Positions 8,729 to 17,443 of a stretch of DNA of 64,000 nt are shown piece by piece. The notes beneath the pieces are model-generated. The model had not been told where the DNA came from. It searched no databases and saw nothing but the letters and a program-made list of their open reading frames with translations. The stretch lies in contig OY968769.1 of assembly GCA_963695345.1 (NCBI GenBank), forward strand, positions 1,568,001 to 1,632,000, given 5' to 3'. The stretch is from an uncultured Methanomassiliicoccales archaeon. GTDB lineage: Archaea > Thermoplasmatota > Thermoplasmata > Methanomassiliicoccales > UBA472. How positions within the stretch are numbered: the stretch's first letter is position 1; the number at the start of each line of letters is the position of its first letter. Both the position numbers and the translations under genes were made by a program.

Positions 8729-10105
8729 ATGCAGGATATACTGGCAAAGGCTGTCCGCTCAATGCAGGACCAGGGCGCCGAGTTCTGCGATGCCCGTCAT
8801 CAGGCCATCGACAGGACGTTCATCGCCATGGTCGACGGTGGCGTGCGCACGATCGACAATGGAAGGCTGGAGGGAGTGGTCCTCCGCTCCCGGGCCAATG
8901 GCTCCTGGGGTTACGCCTCGACCGTGGACCTGGGCAACGAATCGGTCATGGATGCTTGCCTCCGGTCGGTAGTGAACGCCAAGCACGGTACCGCCAAGGG
9001 GAAAAGGATCCAAGAACGCAAGGCCAATCGCTCCAAGGTAACCGCCCAGGTAAGGATCCATCCTACCAAGGTGCCTATCGAGGAGAAGGTGGCGGTCATG
9101 AAGGACCTGGACCGGGCGCAGAAGATCGACGATCGTGTGGTAAACGTCAACTCGATCTACCGCGAGGAGATCAAGAATAACCTGCTGGTGTCCTCTTTCG
9201 GCGATTCGCTGCAATGGGAGGAGGTCAGGACCCGGCTCTTCGCTCAGCCAGTGGCGCACGAGGGCGACCGGACCGAGTACTACTTCGACCTTATCGACGG
9301 CACGAAAGGTTTCGAGATGGTCAAGGAGGCGGACATCATGGCCTTCGGCAAGCGCGCCGCTGAAGAGGCGGTCAAGATGCTTCAGGCGAAAAAGGCGCCT
9401 TCCGGTCTTCACACGGTGATCAGCGACCCCATGATCTCCGGATTGCTGGCCCATGAGGTGATGGGCCATGCCTCCGAGGCGGACGAGGTGGTCAAGAAGC
9501 GGTCTTTCCTCAGCGGCGTGGTGGGCAAGAAGGTCGCCAGCCCGCTGATCACCATGGTGGACGACGGCACCGTTCCCGGAGCCCACGGCTCCATCCCGTT
9601 CGATGACGAGGGCACGCCTTCGTCCCGGACCACGATCATCGAGGACGGCGTATACCACGGATACATGCACAGCCTGGAGACGGCGGCGGAGATGGGGGTC
9701 GAACCGACCGGCAACGGCCGGGCCCAGGACTTCGGCCACAGGGTGTGGGTCCGCATGACCAACACCTTCTTCGAGAAGGGCGACTCGACGCTGGAGGAGA
9801 TGCTGGAGGATGTCAAGTTCGGCGTCCTTACCGATCACATGATCAGCGGCATGGAGGACCCGGTGGCGGGCGGTTTCGAGGCCAAGGCGCTGCGGGGCTT
9901 CCTTATCGAGAACGGGAAGGTGACCGACATGCTGCGTTCCTTCACGCTCACCGGGAGCGCCTTGGAGATACTGAAGACCACCGACGCGGTGGGAAAGGAC
10001 GTGCTGCTGGATGGCGGCACCTGCGGCAAAGGTATCGAGGACTTCGTATCGGTCTCGTCCGGCGGGCCGTTTTGCCGTTCAAAGATCACCCTGGGAGGCG
10101 GTTGA
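8729..10105 (+). CDS. tldD: TldD family metalloprotease
   Basis: HEVMGHASEAD zinc motif, FDDEG, GNGRA, RMTNT and C-terminal CGKG. Confidence 0.93.
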   Translation: MQDILAKAVRSMQDQGAEFCDARHQAIDRTFIAMVDGGVRTIDNGRLEGVVLRSRANGSWGYASTVDLGNESVMDACLRSVVNAKHGTAKGKRIQERKANRSKVTAQVRIHPTKVPIEEKVAVMKDLDRAQKIDDRVVNVNSIYREEIKNNLLVSSFGDSLQWEEVRTRLFAQPVAHEGDRTEYYFDLIDGTKGFEMVKEADIMAFGKRAAEEAVKMLQAKKAPSGLHTVISDPMISGLLAHEVMGHASEADEVVKKRSFLSGVVGKKVASPLITMVDDGTVPGAHGSIPFDDEGTPSSRTTIIEDGVYHGYMHSLETAAEMGVEPTGNGRAQDFGHRVWVRMTNTFFEKGDSTLEEMLEDVKFGVLTDHMISGMEDPVAGGFEAKALRGFLIENGKVTDMLRSFTLTGSALEILKTTDAVGKDVLLDGGTCGKGIEDFVSVSSGGPFCRSKITLGGG

Positions 10106-11467
10106 ATGCAACTCGAACCGATCATGAAGAAGGCCATCAAGACGGCATTGTCCGAGGGAGTGAACGACGCCGAGGTGTTCGCGGTGCGTTCCCGGACGCT
10201 CTCGGTCTACGTGGACGACAACTGCATCAAGAACGTGGAAGAGAAGGCGGACCAGGGGCTATCCGTCCGGGTGATCCGCGCCAAGAAGGTGGGCCAAGCC
10301 TCATCCACCTACTCTAATGTCCGGGACTCGGAAAGCTGCGCTGTGAAGGCGGTAAAGCTGGCGGGAGTATCCCACCCGGACCCGGCCTTCAAGAACTTCC
10401 CGGTCTCCGACAAAGGGGCGGAATCGCCGAACGTCTATGACAAGGCGGTTTCCGCCATGGAGGCCGAGACCATCACCGACCTGGCCAAGGCCATCGTGAC
10501 CGCTGCAACCGCGGTCGGCAACGTCAAGGTGCCCAGCGGTCTGATCCGGGTCGCCGCCATCCAGTCCATGCTGGTCAACACGAACGGAGTGGAGACGGAG
10601 AACCGCAACACTATGATATACGCCCACTTCACGTCGATGACGGCAGGGAAGGATCCCGGGGAAGGGGTGCGCAGCTTCTTCTCCCCGCACCTCGCCGGTT
10701 TCGACACCGCCGAGTTCGGCAGGCAGCTGGGCGAAGGAGCCGTCGATTCGATGAAGGCGGTGCCCTTCGAGGGGGAGAAGAAAATGACGGTGATCGTTCC
10801 GCCGATCGAGCTTCAGGAACTACTCCAGTCTACCGTTTCCTATTCTATCAGCGCGGAGAACGTGCACCGCCACCGTTCCTCCTGGGCAGGGGCGGCGGGC
10901 AAAGAGGTCGCCTCGCCGAGCATCACCATGATGGATGACCCTTTCGATCCGAAAGGGATGATGTCCTGCGGATACGATGATGAGGGAGTGCGGACCAGCC
11001 GCAAGGTATTGATCGACCGGGGAGTGCTGAAGACTTTCCTTTACGATTCGTACAACGCCCAGAAGGCAGGGGTCAAACCGACCGGCAACGCGATGCGCCG
11101 TTCCCCCATCGACTCCCAGAACCTCTACCGGAACGGGATCGATATCGACCCGGTGAACCTGGTGGTCAAACCCGGCACAAAGAGCCTGGAGCAGGTCATC
11201 GCCGGGATCGACGAGGGACTGATGATCGGCCGGCTGGCCTCGGCCGACGCGAGCGGAATCACCGGAGCATTCGGATTGGAGGTCCGCTGCGCGTACCTGA
11301 TCAAGAAAGGGGAGATCACCGGGACCGTCAATCACGCGCTGATCGCTGGCAACATGTACGATGCGCTGAAGAACGTGAGGGAGGTGGCCAACGACACCAC
11401 CGTCATCCGTTCCGGCATCTTGCCATCGGTGGCCTTCGAGGGAATTGAGATCATAGGATCGAAATGA
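10106..11467 (+). CDS. pmbA: PmbA/TldE family protein
   Basis: YDDEGV, LYDSYNA..TGNA, no HExxH; directly follows tldD (TGA-ATG junction). Confidence 0.9.
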   Translation: MQLEPIMKKAIKTALSEGVNDAEVFAVRSRTLSVYVDDNCIKNVEEKADQGLSVRVIRAKKVGQASSTYSNVRDSESCAVKAVKLAGVSHPDPAFKNFPVSDKGAESPNVYDKAVSAMEAETITDLAKAIVTAATAVGNVKVPSGLIRVAAIQSMLVNTNGVETENRNTMIYAHFTSMTAGKDPGEGVRSFFSPHLAGFDTAEFGRQLGEGAVDSMKAVPFEGEKKMTVIVPPIELQELLQSTVSYSISAENVHRHRSSWAGAAGKEVASPSITMMDDPFDPKGMMSCGYDDEGVRTSRKVLIDRGVLKTFLYDSYNAQKAGVKPTGNAMRRSPIDSQNLYRNGIDIDPVNLVVKPGTKSLEQVIAGIDEGLMIGRLASADASGITGAFGLEVRCAYLIKKGEITGTVNHALIAGNMYDALKNVREVANDTTVIRSGILPSVAFEGIEIIGSK

Positions 11468-11509
11468 CGGCATGACAACGGCCCGAATGCAGGCCCCAAC
11501 CTTTATTAC

Positions 11510-11526
11510 TACTATCCGTTATAGTA
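11510..11526. promoter_or_regulatory. Putative BlaI-like operator TACTA-N7-TAGTA, copy 1
   Basis: The inverted repeat TACTATCCGTTATAGTA lies between a TATA-like TTTATTA (11502-11508) and the regulator start codon. Confidence 0.6.
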
Positions 11527-11530
11527 CCAA

Positions 11531-11932
11531 ATGGTACCAATGGAAGACAAGCCCTGTGAAATCCCCCAATACAACCTGAACGCGGCAGACCTGGAATCGT
11601 TCCTTGGTCCCCTGGAGGCAAGGGTGCTGCAGGCGGTGTGGGGCTTCGATAGCTATCCCATCACCGTGAGGGATTGCTATAAGATCTTGAACGAGCAGGG
11701 GAAGATCGCCTACACCACGGTGATGTCCACAATGGACCGTCTGCACGAAAAAGGATACCTCGAGCGTTCGATAGAGCGCGGAAAGGGCGGTCTCCTTTAC
11801 AAGTACTGGCCAAAGATGAGCAAGGACGAGTTCAATTCCCATGCCGTCCGTGAGATCATCGGCAGCCTGGTGAACAAGTTCGGCAAAGGAATGGTGGCCA
11901 GCTGTTTCACTGAAGAAGCCTCGAAGAAGTAA
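11531..11932 (+). CDS. BlaI/MecI/CopY family transcriptional repressor
   Basis: LGPLEARVLQAVW..TVRD..IAYTTVMSTMDRLHEKGYLER winged helix. Confidence 0.92.
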   Translation: MVPMEDKPCEIPQYNLNAADLESFLGPLEARVLQAVWGFDSYPITVRDCYKILNEQGKIAYTTVMSTMDRLHEKGYLERSIERGKGGLLYKYWPKMSKDEFNSHAVREIIGSLVNKFGKGMVASCFTEEASKK

Positions 11933-11977
11933 GAAGGGGAAGGAACGAATGCACCGGTATGGGCGGGAGGAACGACC

Positions 11978-13246
11978 ATGGATGTTCTGAACTGGATAGC
12001 CCTGCAGCTATTCCAGCCCTATTTCTACTACTCTCTTGTGCTCAGTCTGGCCCTTTTTGTCGGTGTCAATCTGGCGGTCCGAATGACCCGGATCAAGGAC
12101 CACCGGCTGAGGTCCTACTTGTTCACCCTGCCGATGCTGTCCCCGATGTTCGTCTATTTTCTTTACCCTCCCCAATTGGACATAATAATGCTGGATACGG
12201 GTCTGTCCGCTTTCTCGTTCCCGCCGAATCCGATGAACTTCATGCAGCCACACCCTCTGCCTCCGGTAACTCAGTCTGTTCTCTCCGTCACCGGGTCTTT
12301 GTGCCTTTCCGGAATCCTGCTCGGCATATCTTTGCTGGCTATATGCCTGGTCCTAAACCGTTTCGGGACCAGGAGGGGGTTCATACCGCTTTCCGAGGAG
12401 GACTATCCCAAAGTGATCGGCATCGTGGCCAAGCGCTGCAAGCGTTTCGGCATCGATCTGCCTAACATCGGGCTCGCGGAGGACCTCCGTCCGAACGCGT
12501 TCGTCGGCGGCCATGGACGGTCGGCTGTCCTGGTGTTCAGCCTGGGCATGCTGGAGACCTTTGACCATGACGAGCTGACGGTGGCGATCGACCACGAACT
12601 GATGCACCTGAAGAACCGGGACACGCTGTTCCGCTCGGCATCGATCGGATTGATGGCATTGTCCTTTTTCAATCCCATAGTCTACCTTTCATACACCGCC
12701 ACGCTGCGTGAGAGGGAGCACCTGGCGGATGATGGATCGACCCGCACGAAGAGGTCCCAGGAAGCCCTCAGGAGAGCTTTGAGGAAGGCAGCCGAGACCA
12801 CCCGTTTCGTCGAGAGGATGGCATCGGCGAGCGGTCTAAGGCTGATAGGACTTCTCCCGCTGTTCCCACGGAACATGCTGGCGACACATCCTGCCGAGGA
12901 AAAAAGGCTGGAATCGATCAGCCGCCCGATCAGGGAGCGTAAGGCCAGCCCGAAGACGATATTCCTGACGATCATCTGTATCCTGGCGCTTTCCGGGGTC
13001 CTGCTGACGGTATTTGTCGACACCAGGGAGATGCTGGTCCAAGACTTGTCGGTCGGGATTAATGCGCTGGGGACGAACGGGCATCATTTCCTCGACCACG
13101 CCCTTCCAGGCAACATCAGCATGGTGCTGCCCGAAGCCTTCTCCCGGAACGTCACGCTACAGCCGCCTCCATGCCCCGAAAACCACACCGGTCATTCAAT
13201 GGCTGAGATGCTTATTATACGGAGTAATTCGTTGCTACTATCTTAG
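11978..13246 (+). CDS. M56/M48 (BlaR1/HtpX-like) membrane zinc peptidase
   Basis: Several TM helices, PNAF, HELMH zinc motif, FFNP..REREHLAD, ATHP..RL; adjacent to the BlaI-like gene. Confidence 0.88.
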   Translation: MDVLNWIALQLFQPYFYYSLVLSLALFVGVNLAVRMTRIKDHRLRSYLFTLPMLSPMFVYFLYPPQLDIIMLDTGLSAFSFPPNPMNFMQPHPLPPVTQSVLSVTGSLCLSGILLGISLLAICLVLNRFGTRRGFIPLSEEDYPKVIGIVAKRCKRFGIDLPNIGLAEDLRPNAFVGGHGRSAVLVFSLGMLETFDHDELTVAIDHELMHLKNRDTLFRSASIGLMALSFFNPIVYLSYTATLREREHLADDGSTRTKRSQEALRRALRKAAETTRFVERMASASGLRLIGLLPLFPRNMLATHPAEEKRLESISRPIRERKASPKTIFLTIICILALSGVLLTVFVDTREMLVQDLSVGINALGTNGHHFLDHALPGNISMVLPEAFSRNVTLQPPPCPENHTGHSMAEMLIIRSNSLLLS

Positions 13247-13252
13247 CTAGTA
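13236..13252. promoter_or_regulatory. Putative BlaI-like operator TACTA-N7-TAGTA, copy 2
   Basis: TACTATCTTAGCTAGTA lies immediately upstream of an AATATATA TATA-like box ahead of the ABC permease. Confidence 0.6.
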
Positions 13253-13301
13253 ACAAATATATAGGACAGCGTCATTTGTCCTGCCCGTAGGAAGGTGCCC
13301 C

Positions 13302-14705
13302 ATGGGCTTAGCGAATCGGGCTTTCAAAAGTATCTGGAGAAGAAAATGGCGAACTGGCGTGGCTTTGATCGCCATCGCGATCGCCATGGCTATCATGATT
13401 TCAATCCCGGCCGGACTGAATTCCAATCAGGCGGCCGCGGTGAATGCCAGGGACAGCATACAATCGTCCCTTACCGCCATGAACAACGAGATCACCAATA
13501 TGTCCCTCGTCGTCGAGGTGTCCTACGGCCAGTCGGGGAGAGGTGTTCCGGGCGACCGCAACATGACCGTACCTATGACCAACACCGCTTCGACAACAAG
13601 CACGATCACCGCTAGTGACGTTTCGAACATAAGCTCGCTCGAGGGCGTGGTGAGCATTGTCGGGTACATTGAGAAGACGGAGGGGATGCCAGATATGAGC
13701 AGCTTCACTCCAGGGAGTTTCACCCCAGGAAGCAGCGCGACCCGCACCCAGATGAACTTCAGTTCGGTCTACAGCGTATGGGGAATACCGACCGATGCGA
13801 CCATCAGCGGGATAACGCCGACCATCGTCAGCGGAAGGACCATGGCCGCCAATGAGACCGGCGTCGCGGTGATAAGCCAATCCCTGGCGACCAGCTGGGG
13901 TTTGGGCGTTGGAGACACCAAGACGATCGAAGGTATCACGCTGACCATCGTCGGGATAAGCTCAACCGCGACATCCACGAGCTCGACCTCAAGCGCGCCC
14001 GGGGGTTCGACAATGTCCGATCGTGTCGTATATGTGGACCTGGCCCAGGCTCAGTCCATGTATTCGATGTCCGGCACATTCACCAATCTCTACGTCTATG
14101 CCAATTCCACGGCCTATGCGGAGACCATTGCGTTGGAGATCGAGACTCTGCTGTCCAGTTCTACGGTGACCACATCGACGGAGCGCATGGCCCAGTTAAG
14201 CACATCACAGGCACAGATGACCGCATCATTGGCCAGCCAGAATTCCACCTTGGCCCAGACCCAGGCAACTGCCAATCAGGAGACGGTCCTGGCCCTGGTC
14301 GCGACCAGCGCCATCATTCTGCTGATCATGGTGTTCTCTGTCCGGGAAAGGGTCCGTGAGATCGGGGTCATGAAGACCCTGGGCTTCAGCAACAGGAGCA
14401 TTGTCAGCCAGTTCATGGTCGAAGGGGTTTCGGTGACATTGCTTGGTTGCATCGTCGGTTCGATAGTGGGCATCATAGCATATCCCACTCTGTCCAGCCT
14501 ACTGATGCCAACGACCACGTCCAGCACCGGCGCGAACGGTATGCCGGCCGTCCAGACGGCGGCGGCCACGGTGTCCGCCAGTCCGGAGCTCAGCATGGTC
14601 CTGATCGCCTTCGCTGCGGTCCTGGCGATGGGAGCGCTCGGGAGCATATACCCGGCCTGGAAGGCCTCGAGGATCAAACCAGTGGAGGCGCTACGCAATG
14701 AGTGA
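13302..14705 (+). CDS. MacB/FtsX-type ABC exporter permease
   Basis: N-terminal RRKWRTG.. TM helix, Ser/Thr-rich extracellular domain, SVRERVREIGVMKTLG and YPAWKASRIKPVEALR. Confidence 0.92.
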   Translation: MGLANRAFKSIWRRKWRTGVALIAIAIAMAIMISIPAGLNSNQAAAVNARDSIQSSLTAMNNEITNMSLVVEVSYGQSGRGVPGDRNMTVPMTNTASTTSTITASDVSNISSLEGVVSIVGYIEKTEGMPDMSSFTPGSFTPGSSATRTQMNFSSVYSVWGIPTDATISGITPTIVSGRTMAANETGVAVISQSLATSWGLGVGDTKTIEGITLTIVGISSTATSTSSTSSAPGGSTMSDRVVYVDLAQAQSMYSMSGTFTNLYVYANSTAYAETIALEIETLLSSSTVTTSTERMAQLSTSQAQMTASLASQNSTLAQTQATANQETVLALVATSAIILLIMVFSVRERVREIGVMKTLGFSNRSIVSQFMVEGVSVTLLGCIVGSIVGIIAYPTLSSLLMPTTTSSTGANGMPAVQTAAATVSASPELSMVLIAFAAVLAMGALGSIYPAWKASRIKPVEALRNE

Positions 14706-15426
14706 TGACGTGCCAGGTCTGGCGATCAAGGCGGTCGGGATATCCAAGGAGTACGACCTGAAATCCCATAAGGTGCTGGCTTTGAGGAATACAAACTTCG
14801 AGGTCAAGCGGGGCGAGTCCATCGCTATAAAGGGACCGTCGGGTTCGGGCAAGACCACCCTGCTGACCCTGATCGGTCTGCTGGACTCTCCTACCGCGGG
14901 AAGCATCACCATCGACGGGATGGACCTTACCCAGATCCACGAGAGCAAGTTGCATGAGGTGCGTCAGAAGAAGATCGGGTTCGTGTTCCAGAGCTTCAAC
15001 CTGATGCCGTACCTCACGGCCCAGGAAAACGTCGAGCTGCCGATGGAATTGGGCGACCTGACCCGCAGCCAAAGGAAGGAACGGGCGCTCGAGCTGCTCG
15101 GTATCGTCGGTCTTTCAGAACGGGTCGGGCACCGGCCCACCAAGCTCAGCGCCGGGGAACAGCAGAGAGTAGCAATCGCCAGGGCTTTGGCCAACGGACC
15201 CTCGATTCTCCTGGCGGACGAACCGACAGGGAACCTGGACTCGAAATCCAAGAAGGAGATCGTGAAGTTGTTCAACCGCCTCAGGCGGGAACAGGGCATG
15301 ACGGTCATCATCGTAACCCATGATGACAAAGTGGCGAACGACATCGGGAAGGTGATCCGGATGCGCAACGGGAGGCTGCTGACAGAGAAGGACAAGGAGT
15401 TCCTGGAAGACGAAAATGAAGAATAA
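14698..15426 (+). CDS. ABC transporter ATP-binding protein (LolD/MacB type)
   Basis: Walker A GPSGSGKT, signature LSAGEQQRVAIARA, LADEPTGNLD and VTHD. Confidence 0.95.
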   Translation: MSDDVPGLAIKAVGISKEYDLKSHKVLALRNTNFEVKRGESIAIKGPSGSGKTTLLTLIGLLDSPTAGSITIDGMDLTQIHESKLHEVRQKKIGFVFQSFNLMPYLTAQENVELPMELGDLTRSQRKERALELLGIVGLSERVGHRPTKLSAGEQQRVAIARALANGPSILLADEPTGNLDSKSKKEIVKLFNRLRREQGMTVIIVTHDDKVANDIGKVIRMRNGRLLTEKDKEFLEDENEE

Positions 15427-15436
15427 GAACCCTTTA

Positions 15437-15553
15437 CGAGACTGGAACGTTTAGTCGTCTCTCCGACAACCGCCCCCTCCAGTCTCGGCCGACCCGCCGA
15501 TCGTAATTTTTCAAATATGCTTTCCTCTAGGTTTCGATCCGGTCGGCGGGGTC
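15437..15553. repeat. Two tandem inverted repeats between convergent genes
   Basis: CGAGACTGGA (15437-15446) / TCCAGTCTCG (15478-15487) is a perfect 10-bp pair. GACCCGCCGATCG (15491-15503) / CGGTCGGCGGGGTC (15540-15553) is near-perfect. Confidence 0.6.
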
Positions 15554-15563
15554 CAATCCCGGA

Positions 15564-15932
15564 TCACTGGGTATCAAGGGTCACGGTCGTCTTGTCAGCC
15601 AGTTCCTCAAGCTTTTCCAGGTTGGTTACTACCCTGCCCAACGGTGTCACTGGACTGTAAGCTTCGGGGGCCTCCCCCTTGCTTGCCGGGGTACGGCCAA
15701 AGAAAATACAGAGGGCGTTGCCTTCAGGCCAATAGGCCACCTCCCCCACGTCCATGATCTTCTTTCCCTGGTCGAGTTTATCGTGGACCGGGATCTCGAA
15801 GTATATCTCCCCGCCCCAGACGTTGATCTCCCGCTCCAACGGAAGCGCCAGGTACAGACCGTCGGCGGTGGTGGAATCGTTCAGCTCGATCTCGAACTCG
15901 TCATACCTGGTGCGCATCATTATTTTTGTCAA
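15564..15932 (-). CDS. Cyclophilin-like fold protein (DUF369/TM1367 type)
   Basis: WGGEIYFEIP..GEVAYWPEGNALCIFFGRTP; TTG start after GAGGTG. Confidence 0.85.
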   Translation of the reverse strand: MTKIMMRTRYDEFEIELNDSTTADGLYLALPLEREINVWGGEIYFEIPVHDKLDQGKKIMDVGEVAYWPEGNALCIFFGRTPASKGEAPEAYSPVTPLGRVVTNLEKLEELADKTTVTLDTQ

Positions 15933-15941
15933 TCGAACACC

Positions 15942-16145
15942 TCACTTGATCTTGACGACTTTCACGGAATATTCGATATCTATGGTCAGAGGCCTCTTGC
16001 ACCTCGGGCAGGTCCTCTTCAAGGACGACATGGAAAGGGTCCAAAGAGGTAGGTCTTGGGAGCCCAGGGTCAGAGTATGTTGGCAGAATGGGCACATAAT
16101 GGAAATATTCTCGCCTGGCAAAGAATTCACCGTTGTATCATCCAA
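15942..16145 (-). CDS. Small putative zinc-finger protein
   Basis: 67 aa with CPFC..CPRC; its stop codon abuts the RBS of the downstream gene. Confidence 0.55.
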   Translation of the reverse strand: MDDTTVNSLPGENISIMCPFCQHTLTLGSQDLPLWTLSMSSLKRTCPRCKRPLTIDIEYSVKVVKIK

Positions 16146-16242
16146 TAGGCGATGGAAGCTAGTTATGATTTCGGTCGTTCAAGTGTTCCAGAAAATAGAA
16201 GGAAGGGGTTTGGGCTGCGGTGAACGATCACGCTTCGGACTT

Positions 16243-17367
16243 TCACTTGGCCGGGGCCTTCTTGGCAGCGGCCTTCTTCGCCACCGCCTTCTTTGCCGGA
16301 GATGACGTCTTCGCGGCTTCCTTCTTGGCAGCAGCCTTCTTTGCCGGGGCCTTCTTCTCTGCTTTCTTGGCCTTTGGTTCGCCCTTGATCTCGAACAGTG
16401 AGCGTATCTCCTTGCCAACGACCTCGATCTTGCTCTCGGCCTCCTTCTTCTCCATGGACTGGAGCTTCTTCATGCCTCCGTTGGCGTCTTTCATCCATTC
16501 CTTGGCGAACTTGCCGGCCAGGATGTCGTCCAGCAGCTTTTCCATGGCCTTCTTGGACTCCTCGTTGATGACCTTGTCGCGGGTGGACAATCCGCCGAAC
16601 TCGGCGGTGTTGGACACGCTGGTCCACATGTGCATCATGCCGCCCTTCTGGATCAGGTCCACGATGAGCTTGAGCTCGTGCAGGCATTCGAAGTAGGCGA
16701 TCTCCGGCTGGTATCCTCTCTTGACCAGGGTGTTGAAGCCCGCCTCGATCAATGCGGTCACTCCGCCGCACAGGACCGCCTGCTCTCCGAACAGGTCCGA
16801 CGTCGCCTCTTCCTTGAAGGTGGTCTCGATGACCCCCGCCTTGGTGGCGCCCAATCCCTTTGCCAGGCACAGCGCCACATTCTTGGCGTTGCCGGTGAAG
16901 TCCTGTTCCACGGCGATCAATGCGGGAACGCCGAACCCTTCGAGGTAGACCTGCCTTTCCATCGGTCCAGGAGACTTCGGGGCCATCATGATGACGTCCA
17001 CGTTCTTCGGGGGCTTGATGACGCCGAAAGTGATAGCGAATCCGTGCGCGAAATCGATGGCCACTCCCTCCTTGAGGTTCGGCAGGATCTCTTCCTTCCA
17101 GACCTGGCCTTGGACCTCGTCCGGGATGAGTATCATGACCACGTCCGCACCCTTGACCGCATCGGCCACTGGTGCTACCTTCATGCCGTTCTTCTTGGCG
17201 TCGTCCCAGGACTTGCCGCCCTTCCTCAGGCCGACGGTGACGTCCAGTCCGGAGTCGCGCATGCACATGGATTGCGCCTTCCCCTGACTTCCGAATCCGA
17301 TCACAGCCACCTTCTTTCCCTTCAGGACCTTCAGGTCCGCGTCAGCGTCATGGTAGATTTTTGCCAT
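16243..17367 (-). CDS. ilvC: Ketol-acid reductoisomerase with Lys/Ala/Pro-rich C-terminal tail
   Basis: IGFGSQG, FAHGF, MAPKSPG, DLFGEQAVLCGG, AYFECLHELKLIVDL and SVSNTAEFG. Confidence 0.97.
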   Translation of the reverse strand: MAKIYHDADADLKVLKGKKVAVIGFGSQGKAQSMCMRDSGLDVTVGLRKGGKSWDDAKKNGMKVAPVADAVKGADVVMILIPDEVQGQVWKEEILPNLKEGVAIDFAHGFAITFGVIKPPKNVDVIMMAPKSPGPMERQVYLEGFGVPALIAVEQDFTGNAKNVALCLAKGLGATKAGVIETTFKEEATSDLFGEQAVLCGGVTALIEAGFNTLVKRGYQPEIAYFECLHELKLIVDLIQKGGMMHMWTSVSNTAEFGGLSTRDKVINEESKKAMEKLLDDILAGKFAKEWMKDANGGMKKLQSMEKKEAESKIEVVGKEIRSLFEIKGEPKAKKAEKKAPAKKAAAKKEAAKTSSPAKKAVAKKAAAKKAPAK

Positions 17368-17443
17368 TTTATTTCACCTATTGCATTTTTCTATTTTTAT
17401 TCCAGATATCCAGTCAAATATAAACATTGTTTGAGCTTATTCC

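Noticed and set aside
8759-9838. 359-aa antisense ORF over tldD, and similar long shadow ORFs at 16163-17266, 16630-17526, 25791-26903, 33061-34035 and 46742-47659
   Set aside because: They overlap well-supported genes, show no recognisable motifs, and are expected from GC-rich codon bias.
8720-10115. In-frame TGA-ATG junctions in pepQ-tldD-pmbA as possible selenocysteine or readthrough fusions
   Set aside because: Each gene is full-length with its own ATG, consistent with ordinary translational coupling, and I saw no SECIS-like element.
13695-13735. Short tandem repeat encoding SFTPG-SFTPG and Ser/Thr runs in the ABC permease
   Set aside because: This is a low-complexity coding linker with no spacer structure, so it is not a CRISPR or VNTR array.
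16243-16380. Repeated GCCTTCTT(G/C)GC units
   Set aside because: They are fully explained by the AKKA codons of the IlvC tail and have no regular repeat-spacer periodicity.
17368-17443. Search for a third leader peptide upstream of ilvC
   Set aside because: The region holds only a TATA box and an AGGTGA RBS, with no BCAA-rich uORF.
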